DNA of 61,366 nt, the filler included. It is 6 parts of 6 records of this genome, joined end to end, with 100 filler letters (N's around TTAATTAATTAA, not from the genome) between each part and the next. Parts side by side here need not be neighbours in the genome. Positions count along the whole stretch, not along the records: positions 1 to 17,035 come from SRR2962707_1852; 5 more parts are not named here. One strand, 5' to 3'. The position numbers and the translations under genes are program-made. A model generated the notes under the pieces. It ran no database searches. It saw only the letters and a list, made by a program, of their open reading frames with translations, and had not been told where the DNA came from. Positions 1-9,790 of the stretch are shown piece after piece (within the stretch, counting starts at the first letter, position 1; each line of letters starts with the position of its first letter).

Positions 1-747
1 GCCGGTGAAACCATCCGTGACGATCACGTCCGCACGTTTACCCGGTATGTCGCCACCTTCCACGAAACCGACGAATTCAAAACCAGAACCCGGGGCGGCC
101 TTGCTTATCAGTTCGTGCGCTTCCTTGAGTTCGGAGCGGCCTTTATGTTCTTCAGTGCCAACATTGAGCAGGCCAACGCGAGGCACCTTCAGGGCCAGCC
201 CGTTGCGCGCATAAGAGGCACCCATCTGCGCGTATTGCAGCAGGTCCAAGGAATCTGCGCGAATGTCAGCCCCAACATCAAGCATCACGTTAAAGCCTTG
301 CGGATTACGTGATGGCCAAAGAATCGCGATAGCCGGACGATTCACACCCGGCAACTTGCGCAACCGGATCATCGAAAGCGCCATCAGCGCACCGGTGTTG
401 CCGCAGCTGACCGCAACAGTGGCCTCGCCGTTGCGCACCGAATCGAGCGCGGACCACATCGACGTATCCTTGCCGTTGCGCATCACCTGGCTGGGTTTGT
501 CATCCATACTGACGATGCCGGTGGCATCTCGGATTTCACAAACTTCGGCAAGGCCCTTACGCTTGGCCACAAGTTTTTCCAGCTCGGCCGCGGGGCCGTG
601 CAGGATAAACCGAATATCCGGGTTTTTTACTGCAGAATCGGCAATTCCGGCGACAACCGTCGCCGGACCCCGATCACCGCCCATTGCATCAATGGAAAGC
701 ACGAAGGGGCCAGTGCCCGCCTTCTTTTGATCCTGCGATGAGGTCAT
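1..747 (-). CDS. plsX: Phosphate acyltransferase PlsX (3' end cut by window edge)
   Basis: Hand translation from ATG 747 gives MTSSQDQKKAGTGPFVLSIDAMGGDRGPATVVAG (DAMGGD motif). It lies directly downstream of rpmF, the conserved order. Not in the ORF track because it lacks a stop in the window. Confidence 0.95.
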   Translation of the reverse strand, partial: MTSSQDQKKAGTGPFVLSIDAMGGDRGPATVVAGIADSAVKNPDIRFILHGPAAELEKLVAKRKGLAEVCEIRDATGIVSMDDKPSQVMRNGKDTSMWSALDSVRNGEATVAVSCGNTGALMALSMIRLRKLPGVNRPAIAILWPSRNPQGFNVMLDVGADIRADSLDLLQYAQMGASYARNGLALKVPRVGLLNVGTEEHKGRSELKEAHELISKAAPGSGFEFVGFVEGGDIPGKRADVIVTDGFTG

Positions 748-769
748 GAGGAGGGCCTTGGCCTACAGA

Positions 770-976
770 TTATGCCGCGTCTTCGTCCAGTTCGATGTCG
801 TCCGTTGCCGCAATCACTTCGCGCGTGGCGTAGTGGCCGCAGGACGGGCAGACATGATGCGGACGCTTGAGTTCTCCGCAGTTGTCGCATTCGTTCGGGT
901 TCCCGGCCACAAGGGCGTCATGGGCGCGGCGATTGTTGCGACGCGATTTAGATACTTTATTCTGTTGGACGGCCAT
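770..976 (-). CDS. rpmF: 50S ribosomal protein L32
   Basis: [20 protein letters not shown]-terminus and CxxC...HHVCxxCG zinc motif. Confidence 0.98.
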   Translation of the reverse strand: MAVQQNKVSKSRRNNRRAHDALVAGNPNECDNCGELKRPHHVCPSCGHYATREVIAATDDIELDEDAA

Positions 977-1262
977 GTCTCAACCTCAATCTGTTATGAA
1001 GCGGGCATGGCGCACATGCCCAGTTATTGGAGTGTCCGGCCTCATAGTCGTAAGGCCCCATCAGACACAACCCTGAATCCTGATGAAAGCGCGAAAATAG
1101 AAGGAAATTCAGCCTGCGCAAGCGGTTTTTTCCGGGACCGGACTGCTTTGGCAGTGTTTCAACCCCCGCAGCAAACTCTGGCCGCAAAACGGTGCATGCC
1201 GACTCTAGCTGCCTTCGCAGATCGATTGCCTGGATATGCACCGCGAAGTGCGGATTTACCTC

Positions 1263-1832
1263 TCAGTCGTCCTTGCCCATTTTATCGCGCAAGGCCGCAA
1301 GGCCGGCAAAGGGCTTGAGATCCGTATCCCTCAGCGGCTCTGCCCCGTCTTCGGTATAGACCGCCTCGCCAAGTTCGGCGCCCTCGGCACGCGGGTATAG
1401 CGGCAGGGCCAGGGCCAGCGCCTCAATCATTGTGCTGCGCACCGACAGAATGTCGCCAAGCGGTTCGATCGTGTCATCCTCGGGGATCTCAATTTCCGAT
1501 CCCTCTTCGGGTTCGCGGATTTGATCTGTGGGCACAAAGGTGCGTGTCACCTCTTCGTCGACTCGGGTGACGACTGGGGCCAGCGTGACCACACAGGCCT
1601 GCACCGCCGTCGCGCCCAGCGTCGCGCTCAGCCGCCAGCCGTGTTTGCCCGAGGGTTCGATCTGCCCTTCAAAGGTCAGTTTGCGCACGCCACTGATTCC
1701 CATTTCGGTGGCAATGGCGTCGCGTTCGGCGGCGTCGGGGCGCAGAGAAAACAGCGTTGGTGCGCGCGACTTGAGTTTCGCCACGCGGAACTCACCGGGT
1801 CCCGGGACGGTTTTGGGATCAGTTTGGGCCAT
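1263..1832 (-). CDS. DUF177/YceD family protein
   Basis: QACVVTLAPV, EALALALPLYPR and KPFAGLAAL motifs; upstream of rpmF; likely start MAQTDPK at 1832. Confidence 0.9.
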   Translation of the reverse strand: MAQTDPKTVPGPGEFRVAKLKSRAPTLFSLRPDAAERDAIATEMGISGVRKLTFEGQIEPSGKHGWRLSATLGATAVQACVVTLAPVVTRVDEEVTRTFVPTDQIREPEEGSEIEIPEDDTIEPLGDILSVRSTMIEALALALPLYPRAEGAELGEAVYTEDGAEPLRDTDLKPFAGLAALRDKMGKDD

Positions 1833-1919
1833 GGCGATACGGTTTCCTTTACTTGATGGGCTGACATTCCTTATGTATGCGGGATAGAAGGCACAAAAGG
1901 CCAAGGCAAGAGGAACGGC

Positions 1920-2384
1920 ATGACCGGCATTGGAATGAAGCTGAGGCTTGGGCTTCTGACAGTGGCATTTGGATTGCTGTCAGCCTGTAGCGCACAATAT
2001 CGCAGTCACGGGTACGTCCCGTTGGAATCAGATGTTCAGCAGATCGTCGTAGGTGTGGATACGCGCGCCTCGGTCGAGAACCTGATAGGAGTCCCCACTA
2101 TTTTGGGTATTTCCAGTGACAGTGGCTATTATTACGTTGAATCGAACGTCCGCCATTTTGCCTATCGCGCCCCCGAAGAGATCAGCCGCGAGGTTCTCGC
2201 TGTCTCCTTTGATCCGGGTGGGGTGGTCAGTAATATCGAACGATATGGCCTCGACGATGGGATGGTGGTGCCGATTTCGCGGCATGTGACCGACTCGGGT
2301 GCGGGGGACATCAGCTTCATCCGCAAACTGTTTGGCAACATCGGTCTTATCTCTGCCGAGGATCTTATTGGCACCAACGAGTAG
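1920..2384 (+). CDS. bamE: Outer membrane protein assembly factor BamE (lipoprotein)
   Basis: Lipobox LSAC, HGYVP motif, VLAVSFD...GVVSNIERYGL; divergent from DUF177 as in Rhodobacteraceae. Confidence 0.9.
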   Translation: MTGIGMKLRLGLLTVAFGLLSACSAQYRSHGYVPLESDVQQIVVGVDTRASVENLIGVPTILGISSDSGYYYVESNVRHFAYRAPEEISREVLAVSFDPGGVVSNIERYGLDDGMVVPISRHVTDSGAGDISFIRKLFGNIGLISAEDLIGTNE

Positions 2385-2455
2385 CACCGTCATGCGGGTG
2401 TAACGGGAATCGGACCAAGAGGGCGGATCAGTCGAGACACTGTCGGAGACGGGTC

Positions 2456-3187
2456 ATGATCACTGCCCCCAAGGGACGTTACCAGAGCCGGGTTGCCACA
2501 ACGCCAGAGGATGTCGCAAATGCCCAGGCGTTGCGGCATCTTGCGTTTCACGGGACCGCGGGCACGGATGTCGATTCCTTTGACAGGTTTTGCACGCACA
2601 TCCTGATCGAAGAGGTGCGAACCGGGCGCCTGGTTTGCTGTTTTCGATTCCTGCCGTTGCCTGATGGCACAGAAATCGGGCGCAGCTACGCGGCACAGTT
2701 TTATGAACTGTCGGCCCTCGCGGCCTATTCCGGCCCGATGGTTGAGATGGGGCGGTTTTGCATCCACCCGACGTTGAAAGATCCGGACATTCTGCGCGTG
2801 GCCTGGGCCGCGATGACCACCTATGTGGATGACGCAGGTGTCGAGCTGCTGTTTGGCTGTGCGTCCTTTGCCGGGACAGATGCCGGGAAATATCTTGATG
2901 CCTTCGCGATGTTGAAGGCGCGGCACCTTGCTCCAAAACGCTGGCTGCCGCTGGTCAAGGCACCGAACGTGTTCCGCTTTGCCCAGCGATTGCGGCGCAG
3001 ACCGGATGCGAAAAAGGCATTGCTACATATGCCGCCCCTGCTGCGGACCTATCTTTTGATGGGGGGATGGGTCAGCGATCATGCGGTGGTAGATGCGCAG
3101 ATGAACACCCTGCACGTCTTTACCGGGATCGAGATCAACGCGATTCCCCCTGCGCGCAAGCGGCTGTTGCGCGCCGTTAGAGCTTAG
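2456..3187 (+). CDS. GNAT-fold N-acyltransferase, OlsB-like (ornithine/amino-lipid acyl-ACP transferase family)
   Basis: AQALRH, D.FD..CTH, EMGRFC, FGCASF and MPPLLRTYLLMGG motifs of the Acetyltransf_5/OlsB family. Confidence 0.82.
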   Translation: MITAPKGRYQSRVATTPEDVANAQALRHLAFHGTAGTDVDSFDRFCTHILIEEVRTGRLVCCFRFLPLPDGTEIGRSYAAQFYELSALAAYSGPMVEMGRFCIHPTLKDPDILRVAWAAMTTYVDDAGVELLFGCASFAGTDAGKYLDAFAMLKARHLAPKRWLPLVKAPNVFRFAQRLRRRPDAKKALLHMPPLLRTYLLMGGWVSDHAVVDAQMNTLHVFTGIEINAIPPARKRLLRAVRA

Positions 3188-3287
3188 ATCGGCGAACCGC
3201 CCATTCGCAGGATGGGAATTGCGTATTTTTGACAAGAAGAAAGTCAAGCGCTTGACCTTTCCAGCGCGCACGCCTAGCCCGCTGCGC

Positions 3288-5114
3288 ATGGCACAAGCAC
3301 CCCTTCTTCAACTTTCGGACATCGCTCTCACCTTTGGGGGGGAGCCGATATTCGCTGACATGTCCCTTGTCGTCCAGAACGGCGACCGCGTATCGCTTGT
3401 CGGGCGCAACGGGTCGGGCAAATCAACCTTGATGAAGGTCATGGCCGGGTTGGTCGAGGCCGACACCGGCACCCGGGTTGTGCCCCCAGGAATTTCCGTA
3501 GGCTATATGGAACAGGAACCCGACCTAAGCGGGTTCGAAACGCTGGGCGACTACGCCTCCGAAGGGTTGGACCTTGGCGAGATGTACAAGGTTGAGCGTG
3601 CCGGAGAAGGTCTGAAGTTCGATCCCGAGCGCCTATGTGCCACGGCATCGGGCGGCGAAAAACGCCGCGCGGCGCTGGCGAGGCTGATGGCGTCGGACCC
3701 CGATCTGCTGTTGCTGGACGAGCCGACCAACCACCTTGATATCGAAGCCATCGGTTGGCTGGAAGATGAACTGAAATCAACTCGCAAGGCTTTTGTCTTG
3801 ATCTCACACGACCGGCGATTCCTGACAGAACTGACGCGCGCGACGCTTTGGATCGACCGGGGCGCGGTACGGCGGGCAGAACAGGGATTCGCGGGATTTG
3901 AGGCGTGGCGCGACAAAATCTGGGAAGAAGAAGACCAGCAGCGCCACAAGATGGATCGCAAGATCAAGGCCGAGGCGCGTTGGGCAGTCGAGGGCATTTC
4001 CGCACGCCGCACCCGCAACCAAGGCCGTGTGCGAGCGTTGCAGGATTTGCGTGCGGAACGCACATCGATGATCCGCAGGCAGGGCACGGCGGCGATGGAC
4101 CTGGCATCGGCTCCTCAGTCAGGGAAAAAGGTGATCGACGCGCAGCACGTCACCAAGGCCTTTGGTGGCACGCAGATCGTGCAGGATTTCACTCTGACCG
4201 TTCAACGTGGCGACCGCGTCGCCTTTGTCGGGCCTAACGGGGTGGGCAAGACGACGCTGATACGCATGCTGACCGGAGAAATTGCGCCGGATTCGGGCAC
4301 GGTATCGCTGGGCACCAACCTTCAGGTCGCGGTGTTTGACCAGACTCGCGCGCAGTTGGACCCGGAAATGTCGCTATGGGAAAGTCTGACGGGCGATTCG
4401 GAAATGCGTGTGTCAGGCAAAGCGGATCAAATTCTGGTGCGCGGTCAGCCCAAACATGTGGTTGGCTACCTCAAGGAATTTCTGTTCGACGAACGTCAGG
4501 TGCGCGCGCCCGTAAAATCGCTTTCGGGTGGGGAAAAGGCGCGGCTTCTGCTGGCACGAATCATGGCCCGCGAAAGCAACCTTCTGGTGCTGGATGAACC
4601 TACAAACGATCTGGACGTCGAAACGCTCGACCTGTTGCAGGATATTCTGGGTGAATACGATGGCACCGTGCTGCTGATCAGCCACGACCGTGATTTCCTG
4701 GACCGGGTCGCGTCGATCACCGTGGCCCTCGAAGGCGATGGCAAGGCCACCGCCTATGCTGGCGGTTGGAGCGATTATCGCATGCAACGCGGCGGCGGGG
4801 ACGGCGACATTTCACCCAAGGCGCAGGCCAAAGCTGCAAAAGCGGCGGCCGAAACCAAAGGAAAGCAGGTCGCGAAAGGCCTGAGTTTCACCGAACGGCA
4901 CAAGCTGGAAACCCTACCGGGAGAAATTGCGCGCCTTGAGGCCGAAATCGCCAAGCTGGAACAGTTGATGGCCGATCCTGAGCTGTTCAGCCGGGAGCCA
5001 GTGAAATTCCGCAAAGCAACCGAAGCCCTGAGCCAGCGCCAGCAGGCCTTGGCAAAGGCCGAAGAAACTTGGCTCATTCTTGAGGAAAAGGCAGAGGCGG
5101 CGGGACAGCTGTGA
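3288..5114 (+). CDS. uup: ABC-F family ATPase (Uup-like)
   Basis: Two ABC domains ([18 protein letters not shown], two LLDEPTN), no TM segments, C-terminal coiled coil; start MAQAP at 3288. Confidence 0.88.
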   Translation: MAQAPLLQLSDIALTFGGEPIFADMSLVVQNGDRVSLVGRNGSGKSTLMKVMAGLVEADTGTRVVPPGISVGYMEQEPDLSGFETLGDYASEGLDLGEMYKVERAGEGLKFDPERLCATASGGEKRRAALARLMASDPDLLLLDEPTNHLDIEAIGWLEDELKSTRKAFVLISHDRRFLTELTRATLWIDRGAVRRAEQGFAGFEAWRDKIWEEEDQQRHKMDRKIKAEARWAVEGISARRTRNQGRVRALQDLRAERTSMIRRQGTAAMDLASAPQSGKKVIDAQHVTKAFGGTQIVQDFTLTVQRGDRVAFVGPNGVGKTTLIRMLTGEIAPDSGTVSLGTNLQVAVFDQTRAQLDPEMSLWESLTGDSEMRVSGKADQILVRGQPKHVVGYLKEFLFDERQVRAPVKSLSGGEKARLLLARIMARESNLLVLDEPTNDLDVETLDLLQDILGEYDGTVLLISHDRDFLDRVASITVALEGDGKATAYAGGWSDYRMQRGGGDGDISPKAQAKAAKAAAETKGKQVAKGLSFTERHKLETLPGEIARLEAEIAKLEQLMADPELFSREPVKFRKATEALSQRQQALAKAEETWLILEEKAEAAGQL

Positions 5115-5159
5115 TCGCCAGCACTTGGCCGGACCGTAGTTCGGCCTAGTTCCGCGAAT

Positions 5160-6266
5160 ATGACAGCGCATTTCATCGGTTCAAACATCTATCGCGGATC
5201 GTCCTATGGATCGTTGCATCCATTGTCGATTCCGCGGGTGCCGACGGTGATCGACCTTTGCAACGCGATGGATTGGCTACCACCAGAGCAATACCGCACC
5301 AGCCCCCGCGCCAAGCCGGCGGCCCTTACTGCCTTTCACACCGCTGAATACATCGACGCGTTGGTCCGGGCCGAGGCTGAGCAGAGCCTGCGTGACACGG
5401 ACCGCGAACGCCACGGTCTTGGCACTCTGTCCAATCCAATTTTTGCCGAAATGTATCGTCGCCCGGCAACTGCGGTGGGCGGCGGTTTGTTGGCCGCAGA
5501 AATGGTTGCCAAGGGGGGCGTGGTATATAACCCCGGAGGCGGCACGCATCACGGGTTTTCTGATCGGGCTGCGGGGTTCTGCTATCTCAACGAACCGGTA
5601 CTGACGATCCGCCGACTTTTGGCGCTGGGGGTGGACCGCGTCGCCTATGTGGACATCGACGCGCACCACTGCGACGGCGTGGCCGAAGGCTTCTCCGGGT
5701 CTGAACAGGTGCGTATGATTTCAGTGCACGAGGCGGGGCGGTGGCCTTTTACCGGCGCGCTAGAGGACAGGGCAGGCGGCGCGGCATTCAATCTGCCCGT
5801 CCCACGCGGTTTCAATGATTCCGAATTCCAACTCGTTATGGACGAATTCATCCTTCCTGCCGTTGCGGATTTTCGCCCGCAGGCGATCTTTCTTCAATGT
5901 GGGGCCGATGCGGTTCTGGAGGATCCGCTTTCCCGGATGGCCCTATCCAATACCTCGCATTGGCGCACGGTGCGCGCGTTGATGCCCATGGCGCCGCGAC
6001 TGATCGTGTCAGGTGGCGGCGGGTACAATCCGTGGACTGTGGCTCGGCTCTGGACCGGCGTTTGGGCTATGCTGTCCGGGCGCGAGGTGCCAGACCGGAT
6101 TCCCGACGCGGCGCAGGATATTATGCAAGCACTCACCTGGGTTCGTAAGCCACAGCCGACCGAGGCGTTGTTGACCACCCTCAGGGACGAACGGCGCGAG
6201 GGTGAAATTGGCAGCGATGTCCGGCAATCCGTGCGCAATCTGCGGCGCAGGCTGAACGCTGGCTGA
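5160..6266 (+). CDS. acuC: AcuC/histone-deacetylase family Zn-dependent deacetylase
   Basis: GGTHHG, GFCYLN, DIDAHHCDGV, QCGADA..DPLS, GGGGYN motifs. Confidence 0.88.
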   Translation: MTAHFIGSNIYRGSSYGSLHPLSIPRVPTVIDLCNAMDWLPPEQYRTSPRAKPAALTAFHTAEYIDALVRAEAEQSLRDTDRERHGLGTLSNPIFAEMYRRPATAVGGGLLAAEMVAKGGVVYNPGGGTHHGFSDRAAGFCYLNEPVLTIRRLLALGVDRVAYVDIDAHHCDGVAEGFSGSEQVRMISVHEAGRWPFTGALEDRAGGAAFNLPVPRGFNDSEFQLVMDEFILPAVADFRPQAIFLQCGADAVLEDPLSRMALSNTSHWRTVRALMPMAPRLIVSGGGGYNPWTVARLWTGVWAMLSGREVPDRIPDAAQDIMQALTWVRKPQPTEALLTTLRDERREGEIGSDVRQSVRNLRRRLNAG

Positions 6267-6297
6267 CTAGCGGCGCTGCGTCTTGCTCAGCAACCCA

Positions 6298-6894
6298 TCA
6301 CTCCCGCTGGGTTGCGCGCCATGCCACCCAGGCCTCGGGCGTGTCCAGGTCGGTCAGAGCGTTGTTTCCCGGCAGCAACACCCGTTTCATCCGGTGCCTG
6401 TTGGCTGTCAGGATTTCCTTTGCGCCGTGATCACCGGTGAGGCGGGCAAAAGCAGGCAAGCAGTCCGGCGGAAACAGAACCGGGTGGCCGGGTGTGCAGT
6501 TCATGGCGGTACCTTGCACTAGGTTTGCGCGAGGATCATCTTCAAATGCACTGATAACGCGATAAAAATCATCTATTGTTAGGTCCGGCATGTCGGCTGG
6601 GACAATCATTGCTGCAGAGCCCTTTGGCACGGCCGCAGCCCCTTTGCGCAGTGATACCGCCATACCTTTGGCGGCGTCATGCACCGGGACCCTGATCAGA
6701 TCCAGCCCAGTAAGCGCCTGCGCCCGCCCGCCCTCAAGATCCGGAAGCGTGACAATAACTGTAGGGGTCGCCGCCAAGGCACGCATGGCAACGCGCCGTA
6801 AAAGCGGAATGCCATCAATCAGTTGCAACAGCTTGTCGACACCGCGCATCCGGGTGCCGAGACCGGCTGCAGGAATGAGAATGGCAACTGTCAT
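6298..6894 (-). CDS. MocA-like nucleotidyltransferase (NTP_transf_3)
   Basis: PAAGLGTRMRGVDKLL, ADMP, GHPVLFP, GDHGAK, DLDTPE motifs. Confidence 0.85.
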   Translation of the reverse strand: MTVAILIPAAGLGTRMRGVDKLLQLIDGIPLLRRVAMRALAATPTVIVTLPDLEGGRAQALTGLDLIRVPVHDAAKGMAVSLRKGAAAVPKGSAAMIVPADMPDLTIDDFYRVISAFEDDPRANLVQGTAMNCTPGHPVLFPPDCLPAFARLTGDHGAKEILTANRHRMKRVLLPGNNALTDLDTPEAWVAWRATQRE

Positions 6895-6903
6895 AGTAAT
6901 ATT

Positions 6904-9312
6904 CTAGCCGCGCATCCGCGCCCCGTCTGCATCAAACAGCGCGGTATCGACAAGGGTCGCATCCCGCATCTGACCCAGAATTTCGATCTGGACGGACAGT
7001 CCATCACGAACCAGTTCGCGGGGGATCAGGCCCAGAGCCACGGATTTTCCAGCGTGGTGGGAATAACCACCCGAGGTACAGAACCCCTGTACCGTGCCGT
7101 TGATCCAGATCGGTTCATAGGCGTTGACGTCTGTATCATCGGCATCCACGACAAATGCGGCAAGCCGACGGTCAGGGGGCGACGCGTGTTCGGCCTCGGC
7201 CAGAGATCGTCCAATAAAATCAGAGTCTTTTCTGAAAGAGATAAAGCGATCCAGACCGGTTTCAGCCGCTGTGTAGTCGGGCGAATATTCCCGCATCCAA
7301 GAGCCAAAGAATTTGTCCAGACGTAGCGACATCATTGCCCGCATCCCAAATGGTGCCATGCCAAAGGCCGTTCCTGCCTGCCAGAGCGTGTGCCAAAGTT
7401 GGCGCTGGGACATCGGATCACAATAGATTTCAAACCCAAGGTCACCGGTATAGCTGACCCGCTGCACCAGACAGGTGCTTTGGCCAACTGTCATTTCGCG
7501 CAAGGACATGAAGGCCATGTCAGAAAGGTCATTCCGGGTGCAGGCCTGCAAAACGTCGCGCGCGTGCGGGCCTGCCAGCTGAAAGCCGGTGCATTTGTCA
7601 CTGATATTTTCGATACTTACGCCGTCTTCTGCATGTTTCAGGAACCAACGCATGTGATGCGCTTGCGCGCTGTACGACGCGGTAAGTTGGAACCGTTCTT
7701 CCGAAAGGCAAGAGATCGTGAAATCGCCGATCAGCCGTCCCATTTGCGACAACATGGGGGAAAGCGACAACCGCCCCGGAACCGGCACCCGGCCAGCCAT
7801 GATCCGGTCAAGCCATTTTCGCGCTTGCGGCCCTGTGATCAAGTATTTCCCAAAGTTATGGATTTCATTGATTCCAACGGATTCGCGGACGACCTTCACC
7901 TCTCGTGCGACAGCAGTGAAGGCATTTGAGCGTCGAAAGGAAGGTGTTTCGAACCGCGGCTCGTCCCCCATGGAAAAGTAGTTCACGACTTCTAGCCCGT
8001 ATTGTTGCCCCCAAACTGCGCCCATTCCATTGAAAATGTCGTACATCGGCGTGGCGCGGTGGGGACGCGCGGCGGGCAACTCTTCGTTCGGATAACTGAC
8101 GGAAAACCGTTTCTGATAATTCTCGATCACCTTGGGCCTGGTGTAACCGGGTGTGATCCAATTGCCGAAACGGGCCGCGTCGAGCGCACTGACATCCCGT
8201 TCTGCTTCGCCTTCGATCATCCATTGCGCCAGTGTCAAACCAACGCCGCCGCCTTGGGAAAAGCCCGCCATGACGCCGCATGCCGACCAATAGTTGCGCA
8301 AACTCGGGATTGGCCCGACCAGCGGGTTCCCATCCGGGGCAAAGGTGAAGGGGCCGTGGATGACATTCTTGACCCCGGCCGTTTCCAGCACCGGAAACCG
8401 TTTGTAGGCGAACTCAATACTTTCGCTGATCTTATCAAAGTTGTCGGGCAGAAGTTCGTGGCCAAAGTTCCAGGGCGTTCCGTCCACGGCCCAGGGTTTG
8501 CAGGGCTGTTCATAGAATCCGATGCAAAGGCCGCGGCCCTCTTGCCGCAGGTAACTTTCGCCCGCCGGGTCCATCACATGGCAATGCTCGGTCTCGCGTT
8601 CATAGATCGTTGGAATGGCGTCAGTCACGATGTACTGATGTTCCATCGGGTGGAGCGGCAGATAGATACCGGCCATGGCACCAACCTCGCGCGCCCAAAG
8701 GCCGCCGGCGTTGACCACATGCTCGGTGTGGATCGTGCCCTTGTCCGTGACCACATCCCAGGTGCCATCGGGGCGGTGGTTCGTTTCGCGCACCATGCAA
8801 TGGGTCTCGATTGCCGCGCCGCCGATGCGGGCGGCCTTGGCATAGGCGTGGGTGGTGCCTGAGGGGTCAAGATGTCCATCCAGCGGGTCGTATAGACCGC
8901 CGATCAGACCTTTGGTGTTCACGATAGGTGCAATTTCAGCAATTTCAGCCGGGGTGACGATGCGGGTGTCTAGGCCCATGTACCTGTGCTTGGCCCGTTC
9001 GGCCAACATCATGTCAAAGCGGTCCTGATTGTCGGCCAGTGTGACGCCGCCGACGTGATGCAACCCGCAAGACATGCCGGTTATCTGTTCAAGTTCCTTA
9101 TAAAGCCGGATGGTGTAACCCTGAAGTGCGGCCATATTGGTGTCGCCGTTCAGGGTGTGAAAACCGCCAGCGGCATGCCATGTGCTGCCCGACGTCAGTT
9201 CGGACCGTTCCAGCAACATGACGTCCGACCAGCCGAGTTTGGTCAGATGATAAAGGACAGAGCACCCAACGACACCCCCTCCGATGACGACAACGCGCGT
9301 TGTGGTTTGCAT
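6904..9312 (-). CDS. GcvT-family FAD-dependent oxidoreductase (dimethylglycine/sarcosine dehydrogenase-like)
   Basis: GGGVVG FAD motif, TSGSTWHAAG (covalent FAD His), C-terminal GcvT domain with RVSYTGDLGFEI. Confidence 0.92.
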   Translation of the reverse strand: MQTTTRVVVIGGGVVGCSVLYHLTKLGWSDVMLLERSELTSGSTWHAAGGFHTLNGDTNMAALQGYTIRLYKELEQITGMSCGLHHVGGVTLADNQDRFDMMLAERAKHRYMGLDTRIVTPAEIAEIAPIVNTKGLIGGLYDPLDGHLDPSGTTHAYAKAARIGGAAIETHCMVRETNHRPDGTWDVVTDKGTIHTEHVVNAGGLWAREVGAMAGIYLPLHPMEHQYIVTDAIPTIYERETEHCHVMDPAGESYLRQEGRGLCIGFYEQPCKPWAVDGTPWNFGHELLPDNFDKISESIEFAYKRFPVLETAGVKNVIHGPFTFAPDGNPLVGPIPSLRNYWSACGVMAGFSQGGGVGLTLAQWMIEGEAERDVSALDAARFGNWITPGYTRPKVIENYQKRFSVSYPNEELPAARPHRATPMYDIFNGMGAVWGQQYGLEVVNYFSMGDEPRFETPSFRRSNAFTAVAREVKVVRESVGINEIHNFGKYLITGPQARKWLDRIMAGRVPVPGRLSLSPMLSQMGRLIGDFTISCLSEERFQLTASYSAQAHHMRWFLKHAEDGVSIENISDKCTGFQLAGPHARDVLQACTRNDLSDMAFMSLREMTVGQSTCLVQRVSYTGDLGFEIYCDPMSQRQLWHTLWQAGTAFGMAPFGMRAMMSLRLDKFFGSWMREYSPDYTAAETGLDRFISFRKDSDFIGRSLAEAEHASPPDRRLAAFVVDADDTDVNAYEPIWINGTVQGFCTSGGYSHHAGKSVALGLIPRELVRDGLSVQIEILGQMRDATLVDTALFDADGARMRG

Positions 9313-9790
9313 GTGCAGATGACTCCGATGGCGACTGTTCCGATCAGAGTGGGGGGCGGACCCTGCGCATGCCAGCCAGTTTCCGACAGTTGCTGTCGCT
9401 GAAAGGACAAGGTGGGTTAGTTAGAAACCGGCAACCCTGACGAAGGCGCGTGGAGCGAGTGTATGGCCTTTGTGATCTGGTTCAGGTCTGGCCATGGATC
9501 AAACTGCGTATCAAGGATACCGGCAAGCGGGAATGAGGCGCGCGCCGCAGCACCTAAGCCCGGCGAAAACGTTCAGTTTGACGTCGCGCAGACCCCCAAA
9601 GAACTGCGCACATTCGGCAAAACTGAATAAACTGGCACGAAATAGTGTCGCGCCAAACCACGAGCGGTTCGGCGCCGATTCCACCGTTGGGGGTGGGACA
9701 TATTGACATACCGTTGGAATTTGCAGATTTCTGCGCTTTGCTAGTCCTGACCTTGAGGTGTCACTTGCTTTTGTTTCCGAGGCCGTCGAT

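Noticed and set aside
2456-6266. GNAT + deacetylase flanking an ABC-F as a protein acetylation switch
   Set aside because: The GNAT has OlsB-type lipid acyltransferase motifs, and the genes appear to have separate promoters.
8002-8862. Long antisense ORFs (also 38430-39323, 41229-42038, 54513-55538)
   Set aside because: They are shadows of GC-rich real genes with no recognisable motifs.
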